A stretch of DNA of 64,000 nucleotides from Octopus vulgaris (taxonomy: Eukaryota). The notes under the pieces are model-generated. The model was given only the letters and a program-made list of their open reading frames with translations. It was not told the DNA's origin and made no database searches. The translations under genes and the position numbers were made by a program. The stretch is from contig OX597827.1 in the NCBI GenBank assembly GCA_951406725.2, forward strand, positions 29,078,001 to 29,142,000. The letters are read 5' to 3'. Each line of letters starts with the position of its first letter. Position 1 is the first letter of the stretch. Shown piece by piece: positions 25,070 through 44,090 of this stretch.

Positions 25070-25984
25070 ATGTCCAGAGCATGGAGACGTGACGAGCTGG
25101 ATTTATTTGTACGAGCATGGGAGTGCGCCGGCGGAGATAGCCCTAGCGAGGTGATTGCGGCTGCGCTGAAGAGCAGAGGCTACAAGAGGACAGCGGCTCA
25201 GATGGAGCGAAAGAGACAGGAATTCGTGCGCTCATATGCGCTTGTACGGTCGCACATTGGCGCACTTGATGCCATCTTTGAGAACGAGCGGAGCAAAGAT
25301 GGCAAGAATGGAGACGATGAAAGAAGTCACCCCCACCTGGTGGACGCCCAGGAGGAGGTTTTGAATGAGAAACCTGCCCGGGAAGTGAACCCAGGTGCAA
25401 GTTCTCCAACCGGCAGCAAGGGCCATAGAGACGGAGAACCCGGTGAAGAGGTAGAGGGAGGAAGAAGAACTAAAAGAAGGACTGGAAGAGCTAAAGGAAA
25501 AGAAAAAGCTCAAGCAGGACCAAAGAGAGAAACAACCAGGAGTAGAAGTGGAACCGCAAAGGATGGAACCAAACAGCGCACACGGGTGTGTATGTTCTAC
25601 CTGAGAGGTTCCTGCTGGCACGGAAAGGAAGGTGCAGGCTGCCGCTTTGCACATCGTGGACCCTGCCACAGAGACACGAGGCAGATGGACAAACCATCAA
25701 CACAAAGAAAAGGGATGGACTACGCACCACCTGCCCCAAAGCGGAGGTACGCAGATGTTGTGCGCGCCACAAACAGCCAAAATGATGTTGTCGAAAGAGC
25801 AGCTGCTGAGCAACAATCTTTTTTGTGCATGACACAAAAGATCGTACAGCAGCTGACCTGGCTTCATCAAACCCAAGCCCGCAGGTGGGACTACCCACTA
25901 TATACCAGACCACCACAGCAAACAGACACAGGATGGACACCGCCGGCAACAACAACGTACACCTCACCTCGATACTCCTACTGA
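25070..25984 (+). CDS. LINE B ORF1 (304 aa): Myb/SANT(trihelix)-like N-terminus, basic linker, CCCH zinc finger
   Basis: [37 protein letters not shown]; [22 protein letters not shown] (C-x7-C-x8-C-x3-H). Confidence 0.8.
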   Translation: MSRAWRRDELDLFVRAWECAGGDSPSEVIAAALKSRGYKRTAAQMERKRQEFVRSYALVRSHIGALDAIFENERSKDGKNGDDERSHPHLVDAQEEVLNEKPAREVNPGASSPTGSKGHRDGEPGEEVEGGRRTKRRTGRAKGKEKAQAGPKRETTRSRSGTAKDGTKQRTRVCMFYLRGSCWHGKEGAGCRFAHRGPCHRDTRQMDKPSTQRKGMDYAPPAPKRRYADVVRATNSQNDVVERAAAEQQSFLCMTQKIVQQLTWLHQTQARRWDYPLYTRPPQQTDTGWTPPATTTYTSPRYSY

Positions 25985-28932
25985 ACATCAGAGGACTGCA
26001 AACACTCAGTAACAGGACAAAGATCCCGTTCCTGAGAGACTTTGTTGCATGCAATCAAGCCTTATGCATAGCACTTACAGAAACGCACCTGAAACCGGAC
26101 ATAGCAGATGCGGAGTTACACATACCACAGTATGCTGTACTACGGACCGACAGGAAAGAAAGGAGTCATGGAGGTGTTGCTATGTACATCCGTGAGGACC
26201 TCACACCCCAGGTCCTCTTGTCATACTCAAACTCGGTGTGTGACACACTAATTGTACATATTAGGCAACTTGATGTAGTTGTGTGTGCTACATATCGCCC
26301 TCCAGATGCCCCAAGCCATGTGGGCAAGTTCGAAGACTGCCTTATAAAAATAGAAGAAATTCTAACCACATTAGAACAACACATAGGTGTGCTTCTTATG
26401 GGAGACTTCAATCTGCCCAATGTCAGATGGCCCGAGGGCCTTTCTCTCCCAGGAATGACAAGATGTGAACGAGGACAGGCGAGGTCTCTCCTGAACCTCA
26501 TCAACACCCTGTACATGGAGCAGGTAATACTCCAACCAACCAGGGCAGGTAACACACTGGATCTCTGCTTCACAAATGACATGGATCTCATCCATAATGT
26601 GAAAGTGACACCGACACTACTCTCCGATCACAACATGGTAGAGCTGACCATGTACGGGCCAAAAGAGAGCACGGACATGCAGCCTACAAGAAACACTCAA
26701 AATCTTTCCAGCTTGAACTACCATAAGGCAAACTGGAAACAAATTGAGAAAGAGATCCTCAAACAAAACTGGCCTGAATGTCTCTCCTCGCCAGACATTG
26801 ACGTGAAACTTCAACAATTCATGTCTGTAATGCAAGCCATATGCTACAAATGTGTCCCAGAGAGAAAGGCCACTGTACACAAGAACAAAATCCCCAGAGA
26901 GAGGAAAATTTTAATGAGACGGCGTACGAAATTTTCAAATCGCCTAAACAAACAGATTGAAAGCAGTGAAAAGTCCCGCCTAAAAATAAAACTGTTGGAA
27001 ATCGAAAAATGTCTGCAACTCTCCCATGAAAAAGAAAGAGCAGACAAAGAAGCCTGGGCTATAGAAAACATAAAATCTAACCCCAGAGCTTTCTACAGGT
27101 ATGCCAAAGAAACAGCTACAGTGCACTGTAGAATAGGGCCACTCCTCGAAAAGGATGGCACACTTACAGGAAAACCAATGAGGGTAAGTGAAATACTGAA
27201 TGAGCAATTCAAGAGTGTTTTCACTCCACCCCTTGGGCATCTCCAAATCACCAATCCAACTGACTTTTTTACCACTGCAGATATAAAATCAGAGGCGGCG
27301 ACGATAGATTACATCGATATAAATGAAGACGATGTAACCAAGGCTATAGATGAAATGAAAACAGACTCAGCTACTGGCCCCGATGGATTCCCGGCAATCC
27401 TCCTAAAAGCATGTAAGAGAGTCCTAGCAAGACCACTGCAGTTCCTCTTTCAGAGCTTCCTTGCAGCTGGCAAACTTCCAGGAAAACTGAAGGAAGGTAA
27501 AATATGCCCCATTCATAAAGGAGGTAGCAGAGCGGAAGCCAAGAACTATAGACCTATCTCTCTGACCTCACACATCAGCAAGGTCATGGAACGAATAGTC
27601 AGAAGGAAGCTGATCACCTTCCTTGAAGAAAATGACTTGCTGCCCGACACCCAACATGGTTTCCGACCAGGGAGAAGCTGTTTAACTCAGCTCCTACGAC
27701 ACTATGACTGGGTGCTGAAACGGCTGCTCAACCACTCAAATGTGGAAGTGATATATCTCGACTTTGCAAAGGCCTTTGATAAAGTCGATCATGGAATGAT
27801 ATGTCACAAACTGCGTGATCTCAACATAGTTGGAAAACTGGGAGAATGGCTTCATGACTTTCTGAAGGATAGAAGTCAGGTGGTAGTAGCCAATGGGGCC
27901 ACCTCCATTAACACACAAATAGTGAGCGGTGTTCCGCAGGGCACTGTTCTGGGACCACTACTGTTCATAATGGCCCTCTCAGACATGCCCTCAGCCACGC
28001 AGAGAGCCACGATCACAAGTTATGCAGATGATACAAAAGTTTCACAGGCAATACAGAACCCTGAGGACACTAAACACCTGCAATGTGAGCTGGACGAAAT
28101 ATACAAGTGGGCTGAAAAGAATAGCATGCAGTTCAATGCTGGAAAGTTTCAAGCTTTATACTATCAGCATGCAAAACTGAATGCAATACCCAATGAATAC
28201 ACTGGACCCGGAGGGATTGCAATCCCAGAGGCACAATCAGTGCGTGACCTGGGTATTCACATGAGTGATGACGCGACCTTTCATGTACATGTTGCTAAAC
28301 TGACAATGAAATGTAGACGGCTGGCTGGATGGATTCTTAGAACCTTTAGAACAAGAGAACAAGAAACCATGATGGTCCTCTGGAAGACACTTGTCCTAAG
28401 CCACTTTGACTATTGCTCTCAGCTATGGTCACCATCCAGTGTCAAGTTAATCACAGAACTTGAGGCGATCCAACGAAGCTACACAAAGAAGATAGCCTCT
28501 ATGCAGAATGTAAGCTACTGGGAAAGACTCAAGAGATTAAAATTATATTCCCTGGAGCGTAGGCGGGAAAGATATGCCATAATATACATCTGGAAGATCC
28601 TGGAGGGAAGTGTCCTGAACTTTGGCATCGAGAGTTACGCAAATGCCAGAACTGGGCGCCACTGCGTGGTGCCTAGGACTCCAAACCTGCCATCAAGATG
28701 TAGGACAAGATACTGTGATAGCCTGGGCTTCCGAGGCCCACAGCTCTTCAATATCCTCCCGAAGAACCTGAGAGACCTGCATGGGGTGGATACAGATGTC
28801 TTTAAAATGAAGCTGGATCTCTTCCTGTCAGGTGTCCGAGATGAACCAACTTCACGGCAGGAGGGGCAGATGAGGGCAGCTGCATCAAACTCTCTCATGC
28901 ACCAAATAGCAGTTGCTAGAAAGCCTCCATGA
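25825..28932 (+). CDS. LINE B ORF2: endonuclease + reverse transcriptase, intact (true start may be the later ATG of MDTAG)
   Basis: LLNIRGL, LTETHL, YRPP, MGDFN, SDH; [41 protein letters not shown]; no internal stops. Confidence 0.95.
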   Translation: MHDTKDRTAADLASSNPSPQVGLPTIYQTTTANRHRMDTAGNNNVHLTSILLLNIRGLQTLSNRTKIPFLRDFVACNQALCIALTETHLKPDIADAELHIPQYAVLRTDRKERSHGGVAMYIREDLTPQVLLSYSNSVCDTLIVHIRQLDVVVCATYRPPDAPSHVGKFEDCLIKIEEILTTLEQHIGVLLMGDFNLPNVRWPEGLSLPGMTRCERGQARSLLNLINTLYMEQVILQPTRAGNTLDLCFTNDMDLIHNVKVTPTLLSDHNMVELTMYGPKESTDMQPTRNTQNLSSLNYHKANWKQIEKEILKQNWPECLSSPDIDVKLQQFMSVMQAICYKCVPERKATVHKNKIPRERKILMRRRTKFSNRLNKQIESSEKSRLKIKLLEIEKCLQLSHEKERADKEAWAIENIKSNPRAFYRYAKETATVHCRIGPLLEKDGTLTGKPMRVSEILNEQFKSVFTPPLGHLQITNPTDFFTTADIKSEAATIDYIDINEDDVTKAIDEMKTDSATGPDGFPAILLKACKRVLARPLQFLFQSFLAAGKLPGKLKEGKICPIHKGGSRAEAKNYRPISLTSHISKVMERIVRRKLITFLEENDLLPDTQHGFRPGRSCLTQLLRHYDWVLKRLLNHSNVEVIYLDFAKAFDKVDHGMICHKLRDLNIVGKLGEWLHDFLKDRSQVVVANGATSINTQIVSGVPQGTVLGPLLFIMALSDMPSATQRATITSYADDTKVSQAIQNPEDTKHLQCELDEIYKWAEKNSMQFNAGKFQALYYQHAKLNAIPNEYTGPGGIAIPEAQSVRDLGIHMSDDATFHVHVAKLTMKCRRLAGWILRTFRTREQETMMVLWKTLVLSHFDYCSQLWSPSSVKLITELEAIQRSYTKKIASMQNVSYWERLKRLKLYSLERRRERYAIIYIWKILEGSVLNFGIESYANARTGRHCVVPRTPNLPSRCRTRYCDSLGFRGPQLFNILPKNLRDLHGVDTDVFKMKLDLFLSGVRDEPTSRQEGQMRAAASNSLMHQIAVARKPP

Positions 28933-29024
28933 AGTGAAACCAAGTAGCAACACCAAATGGCGGTGCCCCAGCATGGCAACAGCTCATAAGCTGGAACTAG
29001 AATCAATCAATCAATCAATCAATC

Positions 29025-34412
<5,388 letters not shown>

Positions 34413-37400
34413 GATTTGATTTTGATTTTGATTTTTCCAGTTTCAGCTAATGAGCTGTGGCCATGCTGGGGCACCGCCATTTGGTTTGCTACACGGTTTT
34501 ACCTCACGGATGCTTTTTAGCAAACGCCATCTGATGCATGAGAGAGTTCGATGCAGCTGCCCTCATCTGCACCTCCTGCCGTGAAGTTGGTTCATCTGGG
34601 ACACCTGACAGGAAGAGATCCAGTCCTACTTTAAAGACATCCGCATCTACACCATGCAGGTCCCTCAGGTTCTTCGGGAGGATATTGAAGAGCCGTGGGC
34701 CTCTGAAGCCCAGGCTATCACAATATCTTGTCCTACATCTTGATGGCAAATTTGGAGTCCTTGGTACTACGCAGTGGCGTCCGGTTCTGGCATTTTTGTG
34801 ACTATCGATGCCAAAGTCTGGGACAAGACCTTCCAGGATCTTCCAGATATATATTATGGCATATCTTTCTCGCCTACGCTCCAGGGAATAGAGCTTTAAT
34901 CTCTTGAGTCTCTCCCAGTAGCTCATATGCTGCACAGAGGCTATCTTCTTCGTGTAGCTTCGTTGGATCGCCTCAAGTTCTGTGATCAACTTGACACTGG
35001 ATGGTGACAATAGCTGAGAGCAATAGTCAAAGTGGATTAGGACAAGTGTCTTCCTGAGGACCATCATGGTTTCTTGTTCTCTTGTTCTAAAGGTTCTAAG
35101 AATCCAGCCAGCCAGCCGTCTACATTTCATTGTCAGTTTAGCAACATGTACATGAAAGGTCGCGTCATCACTCATGTGAATACCCAGGTCACGCACTGAT
35201 TGTGCCTCTGGGATTGCAATCCCTCCGGGTCCAGTGTATTCATTGGGTATTGCATTTAGTTTTGCATGCTGATAGTATAAAGCTTGAAACTTTTCAGCAT
35301 TGAACTGCATGCTATTCTTTTCAGCCCACTTGTATATTTCGTCCAGCTCACATTGCAGGTGCTTAGTGTCTTCAGGGTTCTGTATTGCCTGTGAAACTTT
35401 TGTATCATCTGCATAACTTGTGATCGTGGCTCTCTGCGTGGCTGAGGGCATGTCTGAGAGGGCCATTATGAACAGTAGTGGTCCCAAAACAGTGCCCTGC
35501 GGAACACCGCTCACTATTTGCGTGCTAATGGAAGTGGCCCCATTGGCTGCTACCACCTGACTTCTATTCTTCAGAAAGTCATGAAGCCATTCTCCTAGTT
35601 TTCCAACTATGCCAAGATCACGCAGTTTGTGACATATCATTCTATGATCGACTTTATCGAAGGCCTTTGCGAAGTCGAGATATATGACTTCCACATTTGA
35701 GTGGTTGAGCAGTTGTTTCAGCACCCAGTCATAGTGCTGCAGGAGCTGAGTTAAGCAGCTTCTTCCTGGTCGGAAACCATGTTGGGTGTCAGGCAGCAAG
35801 TCATTTTCTTCAAGGAAGGTGATTAGTTTCCTTCTGACTATTCGTTCCATGACCTTGCTGATGTGTGAGGTGAGACAGATAGGTCTGTAGTTCTTGGCCT
35901 CCGCTCTGCTACCTCCTTTATGAATAGGGCATATTTTACCTTCCTTCAGTTTTCTTGGAAGTTTGCCAGCTGCAAGGAAGCTCTGAAAGAGGAACTGCAG
36001 TGGTCTTGCTAGGACTCTCTTACATACTTTTAGGAGGATTGCCGGGAATCCATCGGGGCCAATAGCTGAGTCTGTTTTCATTTCATCTATAGCCTTTATT
36101 ACATCGTCTTCCTTTATATCGATGTAATTTATCGTCGCCGCCTCTGATTCTATATCTGCAGTGGATTGCTGATTTGGAAATGCCCAAGGGGTGGGGTGAA
36201 AACACTCTTGAATTGTTCATTCAGTATTTCACTTACCCTCATTGGTTTTCCTGTGAGTGTGCCATCCTTTTCAAGGAGTGGCCCTATCCTACAGTGCACC
36301 GTAGCTGTTTCTTTGGCGTACCTGTAGAAAGCTCTGGGGTTAGTTTTTATGTTGACTATAGCCCAGGCTTCTTTGTCTGCTTTTTCCTTCTCATGGGAGA
36401 GTTGCAGACAATTTTCAATTTCCAACAGTTTTATTTTCAGGCGGGACTTTTCACTGCTTTCAATTTGTTTGTTTATGCGATTTGAAATTTTTGTACGCCG
36501 TCTCATTAAAATTTTCCTCTCTCTGGGGATTTTGTTCTTGTGTACAGTGGCCTTTCTCTCTGGGACATATTTGTAGCATATGGCTTGCATTACAGACATG
36601 AAATGTTGAAGTATCATGTCGATGTCCGGCGAGGAGAGACATTCAGGCCAGTTTTGTTTGAGGATCTCTTTCTCAATTTGTTTCCAGTTTGCCTTATTGA
36701 AGTTTAAGCTGGAAAGATTCTGAGGGTTTCTTGTAGGCTGCATGTCCGTGCTCTCTTTTGGCCCGTACATGGTCAGCTCTACCATGTTGTGATCCGAGAG
36801 TAGTGTCGGTGTCACTTTCACATTATGGATGAGATCCATATTATTTGTGAAGCAGAGATCCAGTGTGTTACCTGCTCTGGTTGGTTGGAGTATTACTTGC
36901 TCCATGTACAGGGTGTTGATGAGGTTCAGGAGGGACCTCGCCTGTCCTCGTTCACATTTTGTCATTCCTGGGAGAGAAAGGCCCTCGGGCCATCTGCCAT
37001 TGGGTAGATTGAAGTCTCCCATGAGAAGTACACTTATGTGTTGTTCTAATGTGATTAGAACTTCTATTTTTAAAAGGCAATCCTCAAACTTGCCCATATG
37101 ACTTGGGGCATCTAGAGGGCGATATGTAGCACACACAACTACATCAAGTTGCCTTATGTGTACAATTAGTGTGTCACACACCAAGTTTGAGTGTGACAAA
37201 AGGACCTGGGGTGTGAGGTCCTCACGGATGTACATAGCAACTCCTCCATGGCTCCTTTCTTTTCTGTCGGTCCGTAGTACAACATACTGTGGTATGTGTA
37301 ATTCCGCATCTGCTATGTCCGGTTTCAGATGCGTTTCCGTGAGTGCTATGCATAAGGCTTGATTGCATGCGACAAAGTCTCTCAGGAACGGGACTTTTGT

Positions 37401-37582
37401 CCTGTTACTGTGTGTTAGTAGTCCTCTGATGTTCAGTAGGAGCATCGAGGTGAGGTGTATGCTGTTGCCGGTGGTGTCCACCCTGGGTCCATCTGCTGTG
37501 GCGGTCTTGTGAACTGTGGGCAGTTCCATCTGCGTGCCTGAGCCTGATGGAGCCAGGTTAGCTGCTGTACAATCTTTTGTGC

Positions 37583-37583
<1 letters not shown>
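34413..37583 (-). mobile_element. LINE C: 5'-truncated copy of the LINE B family in opposite orientation, (AAAATC)n tail, one frameshift
   Basis: ORFs 36150-37529 and 34504-36081 are highly similar to LINE B ORF2; 16-nt deletion near 36160; starts within the end of ORF1; TA on both sides. Confidence 0.95.
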
Positions 37584-37620
<37 letters not shown>

Positions 37621-38066
37621 GTTTAAATATTTGTTGTGCAAGATTTTTTATGTGAAGTCGTGTGTTGAAACAGATATTGTTATATTTCGGAATGGTCATA
37701 TTGCCAGTTTAGCCAATAAAAACACACGCACTATATATTTGGTGTTATTTTGCTTCAGTGATATTTATTTTTTACATTAATCTTAATCTTATTTCGGCCA
37801 AAGTTCTTTCGTCAAACTCCTGTGACCGCATCAGTGGTCCTTTGTTTTCTTCTCACTTACTTGTGTCTCTCCTTACTAACCGTCAGCCATTTTGTATTTC
37901 TATTGTATGTCTTCATTTGCGCATGCTTATATCTCTATGTGCGTCTATGTATATTTAGTGTGTGTGTGGGGGGGATGCCTGTAATATTTGTATCTTCTGG
38001 TTATATACATTCTTGTAATTTGTATTTTGTTTTTGTTGTTGTTGCTTTTGTTCTAATTTTGTTCAT

Positions 38067-38919
38067 TGCGGGCAATGCCAAATTCAATATTTTGATGGCA
38101 GACCTCGTCAGAATAATGAGAAATGTGTCACGCATGTGCGAGCCTACAGAATTAAAGAGACACATACAGTATTTCATTCACCGCATGCAGTTCTCAGGTT
38201 ACAGCCATAAAGAAAGGATCAGAGTATACAAAGGAGCCATGAAGAAATTTGATAATATATTATGTAATGATAGGAATGGGATTTGCCCACTCTATAGGAA
38301 CAAGTCATGGAACACTATAGAAAGGACAAAAAAGAAAATAAGGAAGGCCAACTCTTGGTATGATAGCCATAAATACCAGAGTGTCATGTTCGTTGACACC
38401 ACCCCTGGAGGTGAACTAGCGTACCGCTTTAGAAGGACCCTAGATAAACTTAAACTAAGAATTAAGGTTGTTGAAAAGCCAGGCAACCCTATCAGATCTA
38501 TAATTGGTAGAACCTATCCTTTTAGTAGAACTCTCTGTACGGATAACTATTGCACTGTATGTAGATTTAGCCCACAAACGAACTGTAAAGCCAGAAATGT
38601 GGTCTATAGTATAAGATGTATAGAGGGACGATGCAGTAACAAGACAGTAACATACGTAGGGGAAACTGCAAGAAGCATTGGTGAGCGGGTGAATGAACAT
38701 TGGAGACAACTCAAGGAAGGTAAAAGCTCATCGATTCTGTACCAACACGCCGAACAAGAACACGGGGGATCAATCAATAACATAGAGATTAAGATATTGT
38801 CCACACATAGAACAGATGCAACAATTAGACAAATTACAGAAGCTACACATATAATAGAAAATAAACCTAGCCTGAATAGAAAACTAGAATGGAGCAATAG
38901 CGCACACCACAACATATGA
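38067..38919 (+). CDS. PLE ORF C-terminal part: RT thumb/linker + GIY-YIG endonuclease (the start of the listed ORF 37822-38066 is only the inverted repeat)
   Basis: [62 protein letters not shown]. Confidence 0.85.
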
Positions 38920-39434
38920 CAATAGTGGATCCTGCAAACATAATAAATACACAGGTAATTAAAGAAATAGAAATGAATATCTATATATATATATATATGT
39001 GTATATATATGTATATGTATATGTGTATATATGTGTGTATATATGTATATATATATATATATGTATATGTATATGTATGTATATATATGTATATGTATGT
39101 GTATATTCTTTTTTTTTTCTCGATTAGATTTATTATTATTATTACTAATATTGTTGTTATACATACATACAAGCATATGTAATGATAATAATGGGTGGAT
39201 GTAAACACATGAACAAAATTAGAACAAAAGCAACAACAACAAAAACAAAATACAAATTACAAGAATGTATATAACCAGAAGATACAAATATTACAGGCAT
39301 CCCCCCCACACACACACTAAATAAACATAGACGCACATAGAGATATAAGCATGCGCAAATGAAGACATACAATAGAAATACAAAATGGCTGACGGTTAGT
39401 AAGGAGAGACACAAGTAAGTGAGAAGAAAACAAA

Positions 39435-39479
39435 GGACCACTGATGCGGTCACAGGAGTGTGACGAAAGAACTTTGGCC
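39435..39479 (+). ncRNA. Hammerhead-like motif (A9C variant) in PLE 3' repeat; inverted copy at 37796-37840
   Basis: GGACCA-CTGATGC-G-GTCACA-GGAG-TGTGAC-GAAA-G-AA-C-TT-TGGCC. Confidence 0.55.
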
Positions 39480-39593
39480 GAAATAAGATTAAGATTAATG
39501 TAAAAAATAAATATCACTGAAGCAAAATAACACCAAATATATAGTGCGTGTGTTTTTATTGGCTAAACTGGCAATATGACCATTCCGAAATAT

Positions 39594-39641
<48 letters not shown>

Positions 39642-39645
<4 letters not shown>

Positions 39646-39920
39646 GTTATCGCCATATTAATATGGCATTCTTATAGATATAAGAATAATCGCTGCCGCT
39701 GGTCAGCTCCATGAGGCCACCGCCATCAAGATAGCTATTGATACACGATCTGTATCCATTATAACCTTCGAACAAGGGAGGTGGCCTCCTGGAGCTGACC
39801 AGCGGCAGCGATTATTCTTATATCTATAAGAATGCCATATTAATATGGCGATAACAATTTATTTCCAGTAAATGCTACCGTAATCTCTTTTATAGAGACT
39901 TAGTAATTTTAATATTTCTA
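39642..39920. mobile_element. Foldback element with ~80-bp arms and a one-sided tail, between TA arrays
   Basis: 39642-39721 is the reverse complement of 39780-39859; tail to ~39920. Confidence 0.75.
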
Positions 39921-39921
39921 T

Positions 39922-39999
<78 letters not shown>

Positions 40000-40198
40000 G
40001 TTGAAATTTATAAGAAACTAAAGGACGAAGCCAGGTACATGAACAACAAGCAAATATATTGACTCGCTCGGGAACAATGAAATGGTCTTTTACGTTTCGA
40101 GATAACGTCCTTCGACAGAAAGAAACACGAGAAAATGAGAGAGAGAATGAAAAAAAATTGTATCTTTCAGCGGTCCAACATAGCGAATTATAGATATA

Positions 40199-41172
<974 letters not shown>

Positions 41173-41186
41173 GCACACACATACAC

Positions 41187-41242
<56 letters not shown>

Positions 41243-41262
41243 CGAGAGGAATTCAAAAGATA

Positions 41263-41544
41263 TCCGCACCTTCGCCATAACGTATCGTTATTATTGTCAC
41301 ACTACCTTCTGCATATGCGTGCTTCTTGTTGGTACAATTGTGGTCACGTGATTGACGTTTAAGCCTCCTCTTTGTTCTTCTTTGGTGCACGTTGCTAGTG
41401 GAGCGGCCATGCTTACACTGTAAAGCTAGAAAGAGAAATGCTGCGATCGGACTCAAACTTCAATCACATGACAACAATAGTACCAACTATAAGCGTGCAT
41501 GCGCAGAAGGCAGTGAGGCAATAATAAATATATGTTAGTGCGGA
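41263..41544. mobile_element. MITE-like element with diverged ~100-bp inverted arms
   Basis: TTATTATTGTCACACTACCTTCTGCATATGCGTGCTT..GTTGGTAC..CACGTGATTGA pairs with TCAATCACATG..GTACCAAC..AAGCGTGCATGCGCAGAAGGCAGTGAGGCAATAATAA. Confidence 0.7.
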
Positions 41545-41992
41545 TAATTTTTGTTCCCCACGTATACAGTCATTTGAAAAATGGAGAAATCAAAATGTTC
41601 CGTGTGTTGATGTGGAATAGTAGTAAAGTCGATATAGTACTGACAGGATCAGAAATCACGATACTCTTCCATAGACAGTGGGTCGTGGACCTGCAGAGGA
41701 AAACCGTAGCCATCTCAGAGGGCAGAATTTAGATCTATAAAATCTGGGTCAGTTTTCTCTGAGATAAAACATCAGGCATCTTCATATTTTAGAGATTCGG
41801 CTAAAGAAAATAAAACTTTTCCTTCTCGCCACCCATTCTCTCTCTCTTCCTCTCCCCTCTCTCTCTCTCCCCCCTCTTTCTTACACACACACACACACAC
41901 ACTTATTCTTTGTCGCCCCATTTTCCCCCCTCAGTCTATCTTCACAATGTGAACTATTGTATTTCATGCTATGATTTTGTAAACATTGTGAA

Positions 41993-42305
41993 AGCGCGTG
42001 GCTTTGTAGTTAGGGTGTTCGGGTCACGATCGTAAAGTCGTGAGCTCGATTCCCGACAGCGCATTGTATCCTTGAGCAAGACACTTTATTTCACGTTGCT
42101 CCAATGAACTCAGCTGGCAAAAAACGAGCTGTACCTGTAATTCAACGGACCAAACTTGTCACATTCTGTGTCACGCTGAATCTCCCAGGGTATACATGAA
42201 TACATGTCACTGGAGTGTTCAACATCTTACTCACAAATTTCACGTGCCGGTTGTTCTGTTGTTCGGATAAACTAGATCTTACGTCTTCGTAACCGACGGA
42301 GTGTC
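41993..42305 (+). mobile_element. tRNA-type SINE family 3
   Basis: tRNA-like head, CCTTGAGCAAGACACTTTATTTCAC, 3' part shared with ~49470-49600 and ~59180-59330. Confidence 0.7.
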
Positions 42306-43517
42306 TTGTAATAATGCACGTCCTGCGAATGTATACCGACGAAGTTATACCTAAATGATTCCACTCGACAAAGATGTACCAACACGCTTTCTGATTGACT
42401 TTATGCATGCAAAATGTATGCACAGCAAGCTTCATGTTGCAACTTTGCTAAGGAAAAATCTCCATCTTAAATAAGGGTAAACTTTTGTATCCCGAGGGAA
42501 TACAGATTAGTCTGGTTCTGTGTGGACTATCGCTTGTTTGCCCCTTCTCGGAAGATTAACATTCTTTAAGCGTGTGGAAAAACATATTATTAGAGGACTG
42601 TAATAGCTTCGCAGACACACAAGGTTATTTGAGTCATGTAAATAAGAGGGGAAGACAGAGATACTTTCAAATCTGATCAAATAGCTCTATATATTTCACA
42701 GATAATCCATAGATTCCAGATGTCGTAGTTTAGTTCAGTTGATATTAGGTTAGAAGAGAACCAGAACTAAGTTTGTCCACAGCTTTAGTCTACTAAACAA
42801 AAAAGGGGTAAGTACAATCAATTTATACATGTTTAAGCGGGGACTTGATCACTGGAAATTGAACGTGATATTACCGTTCCGGAAGCGACGAGATTTCCGG
42901 CTTAAAAGAGGAAGATCCCAGTCAATAAAAAATAACGGATACCAGTTGCAAATTTGTAAAGGTTAGTGATATTAGAAGCCATTAGTTTTCGTAAGGATAT
43001 TGCGACAGAGGGTTCTAGATTAGATAAAGTAGTCGACTAGAAAAAAGTTTGCAGGAAGTTATGAGGATACGAAAGTTCTTAATATGGATTGAGTCGAAAA
43101 CATGATAGCAAAGGTCAGGAAGGATCTTAGTCGTATAATGTTTTGGAAGGAGGAAGCTTTGGCAGAATGCTTTAATTTCTATTTCTGCCTTCTGCCTCGA
43201 TTCGTAAACAAGGTAGACAAAGACATTCGAAATTCATGTAACTGCTCGAATTTTGTGAATAAGGAGACATCAAAATACAGAGATTGAGAATCTTTTGAAT
43301 AAACGATATTCAAAGATATCAGATGTATTCCTACATAAACATTGTTGTTGGATCGTGTTTTGTCGTCGTTGTTTTTGGTGTTTTATTTAAGCATTTACCA
43401 TTGGTCAATAGGTTTACCGTAGTTTTGAAGCGCTTACAGAATGCATTATAATTTGGAAAAGCTGCAACACAATCATAGGTACAGCCATCCATTCTAGGAA
43501 GAAGTCATTGACAAATA

Positions 43518-44090
43518 TTCTTTTCTACTCTAGGCACAAGGCCAGTCGATCAGATCGACGCCAATACGCAACTGATACTTAATTTATGGACCTCGAAATG
43601 ATGAAAGGCAAAGTCGACCTCAGTGGAATTTGAACTCAGACGTAAAGACAGTCGAAATACTCCTAAGCATTTCGCCCGGCGTACACAGGTGTCTTATTTC
43701 TTTACTGCCCACAAGGGGCTAAACATAGAGGGGGCAAACAAAGACAGACAAAGGGTTTAAGTCGATTACATCGAACCCAGTACTCAACTGGTACTTAATT
43801 TATAGACCCCGAAAGGGTGAAAGGCAAAGTCCACCTCGGCGGAATTTGAACTCAGAACGTAACGGCAGACGAAATACCTAAGGGGCTAAACACTGAGAGG
43901 ACAAACAAGGACAGACAAACGGATTGAGTCGATTATATCGACACCAGTGCGTAACTGGTACTTATTTAATCAACCCCGAAAGGATGAAAGGCAAAGTCGA
44001 TCTCGGCGGAATTTGAACTCAGAACGCAACGGCAGACGAAATACTGCTAAGCATTTCGCCCGGTGTGCTAATGTTTCTACCAGCTCGCAT
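43518..44090 (-). mobile_element. Tandem cluster of three family-1 SINE units
   Basis: Repeated GAAAGGCAAAGTCGACCTCGGCGGAATTTGAACTCAG-like blocks; TCATTGACAAATATT flanks both ends (probable TSD). Confidence 0.8.

Larger units (their letters stand above)
37621..39601 (+). mobile_element. 5'-truncated Penelope-like element with an inverted copy of its 3' repeat at the 5' end, inserted in (TA)n
   Basis: 37674-38066 is the near-perfect reverse complement of 39209-39601; GIY-YIG ORF remnant in between. Confidence 0.9.

Noticed and set aside
37822-38066. Hydrophobic N-terminus of the 365-aa ORF as a membrane-anchored nuclease fusion
   Set aside because: It is the inverted terminal repeat read by chance in frame; the same peptide appears at 39157-39453 on the minus strand
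39790-39870. CTGACCA..GATAAC..ATT-TCCAG as a variant hammerhead
   Set aside because: C3/C8 cannot pair and GAAA is missing
43518-44090. Regularly repeated blocks resembling a CRISPR array or tRNA cluster
   Set aside because: They are tandem SINE units with conserved rather than unique spacers, in a eukaryotic context, with no complete tRNA cloverleaf
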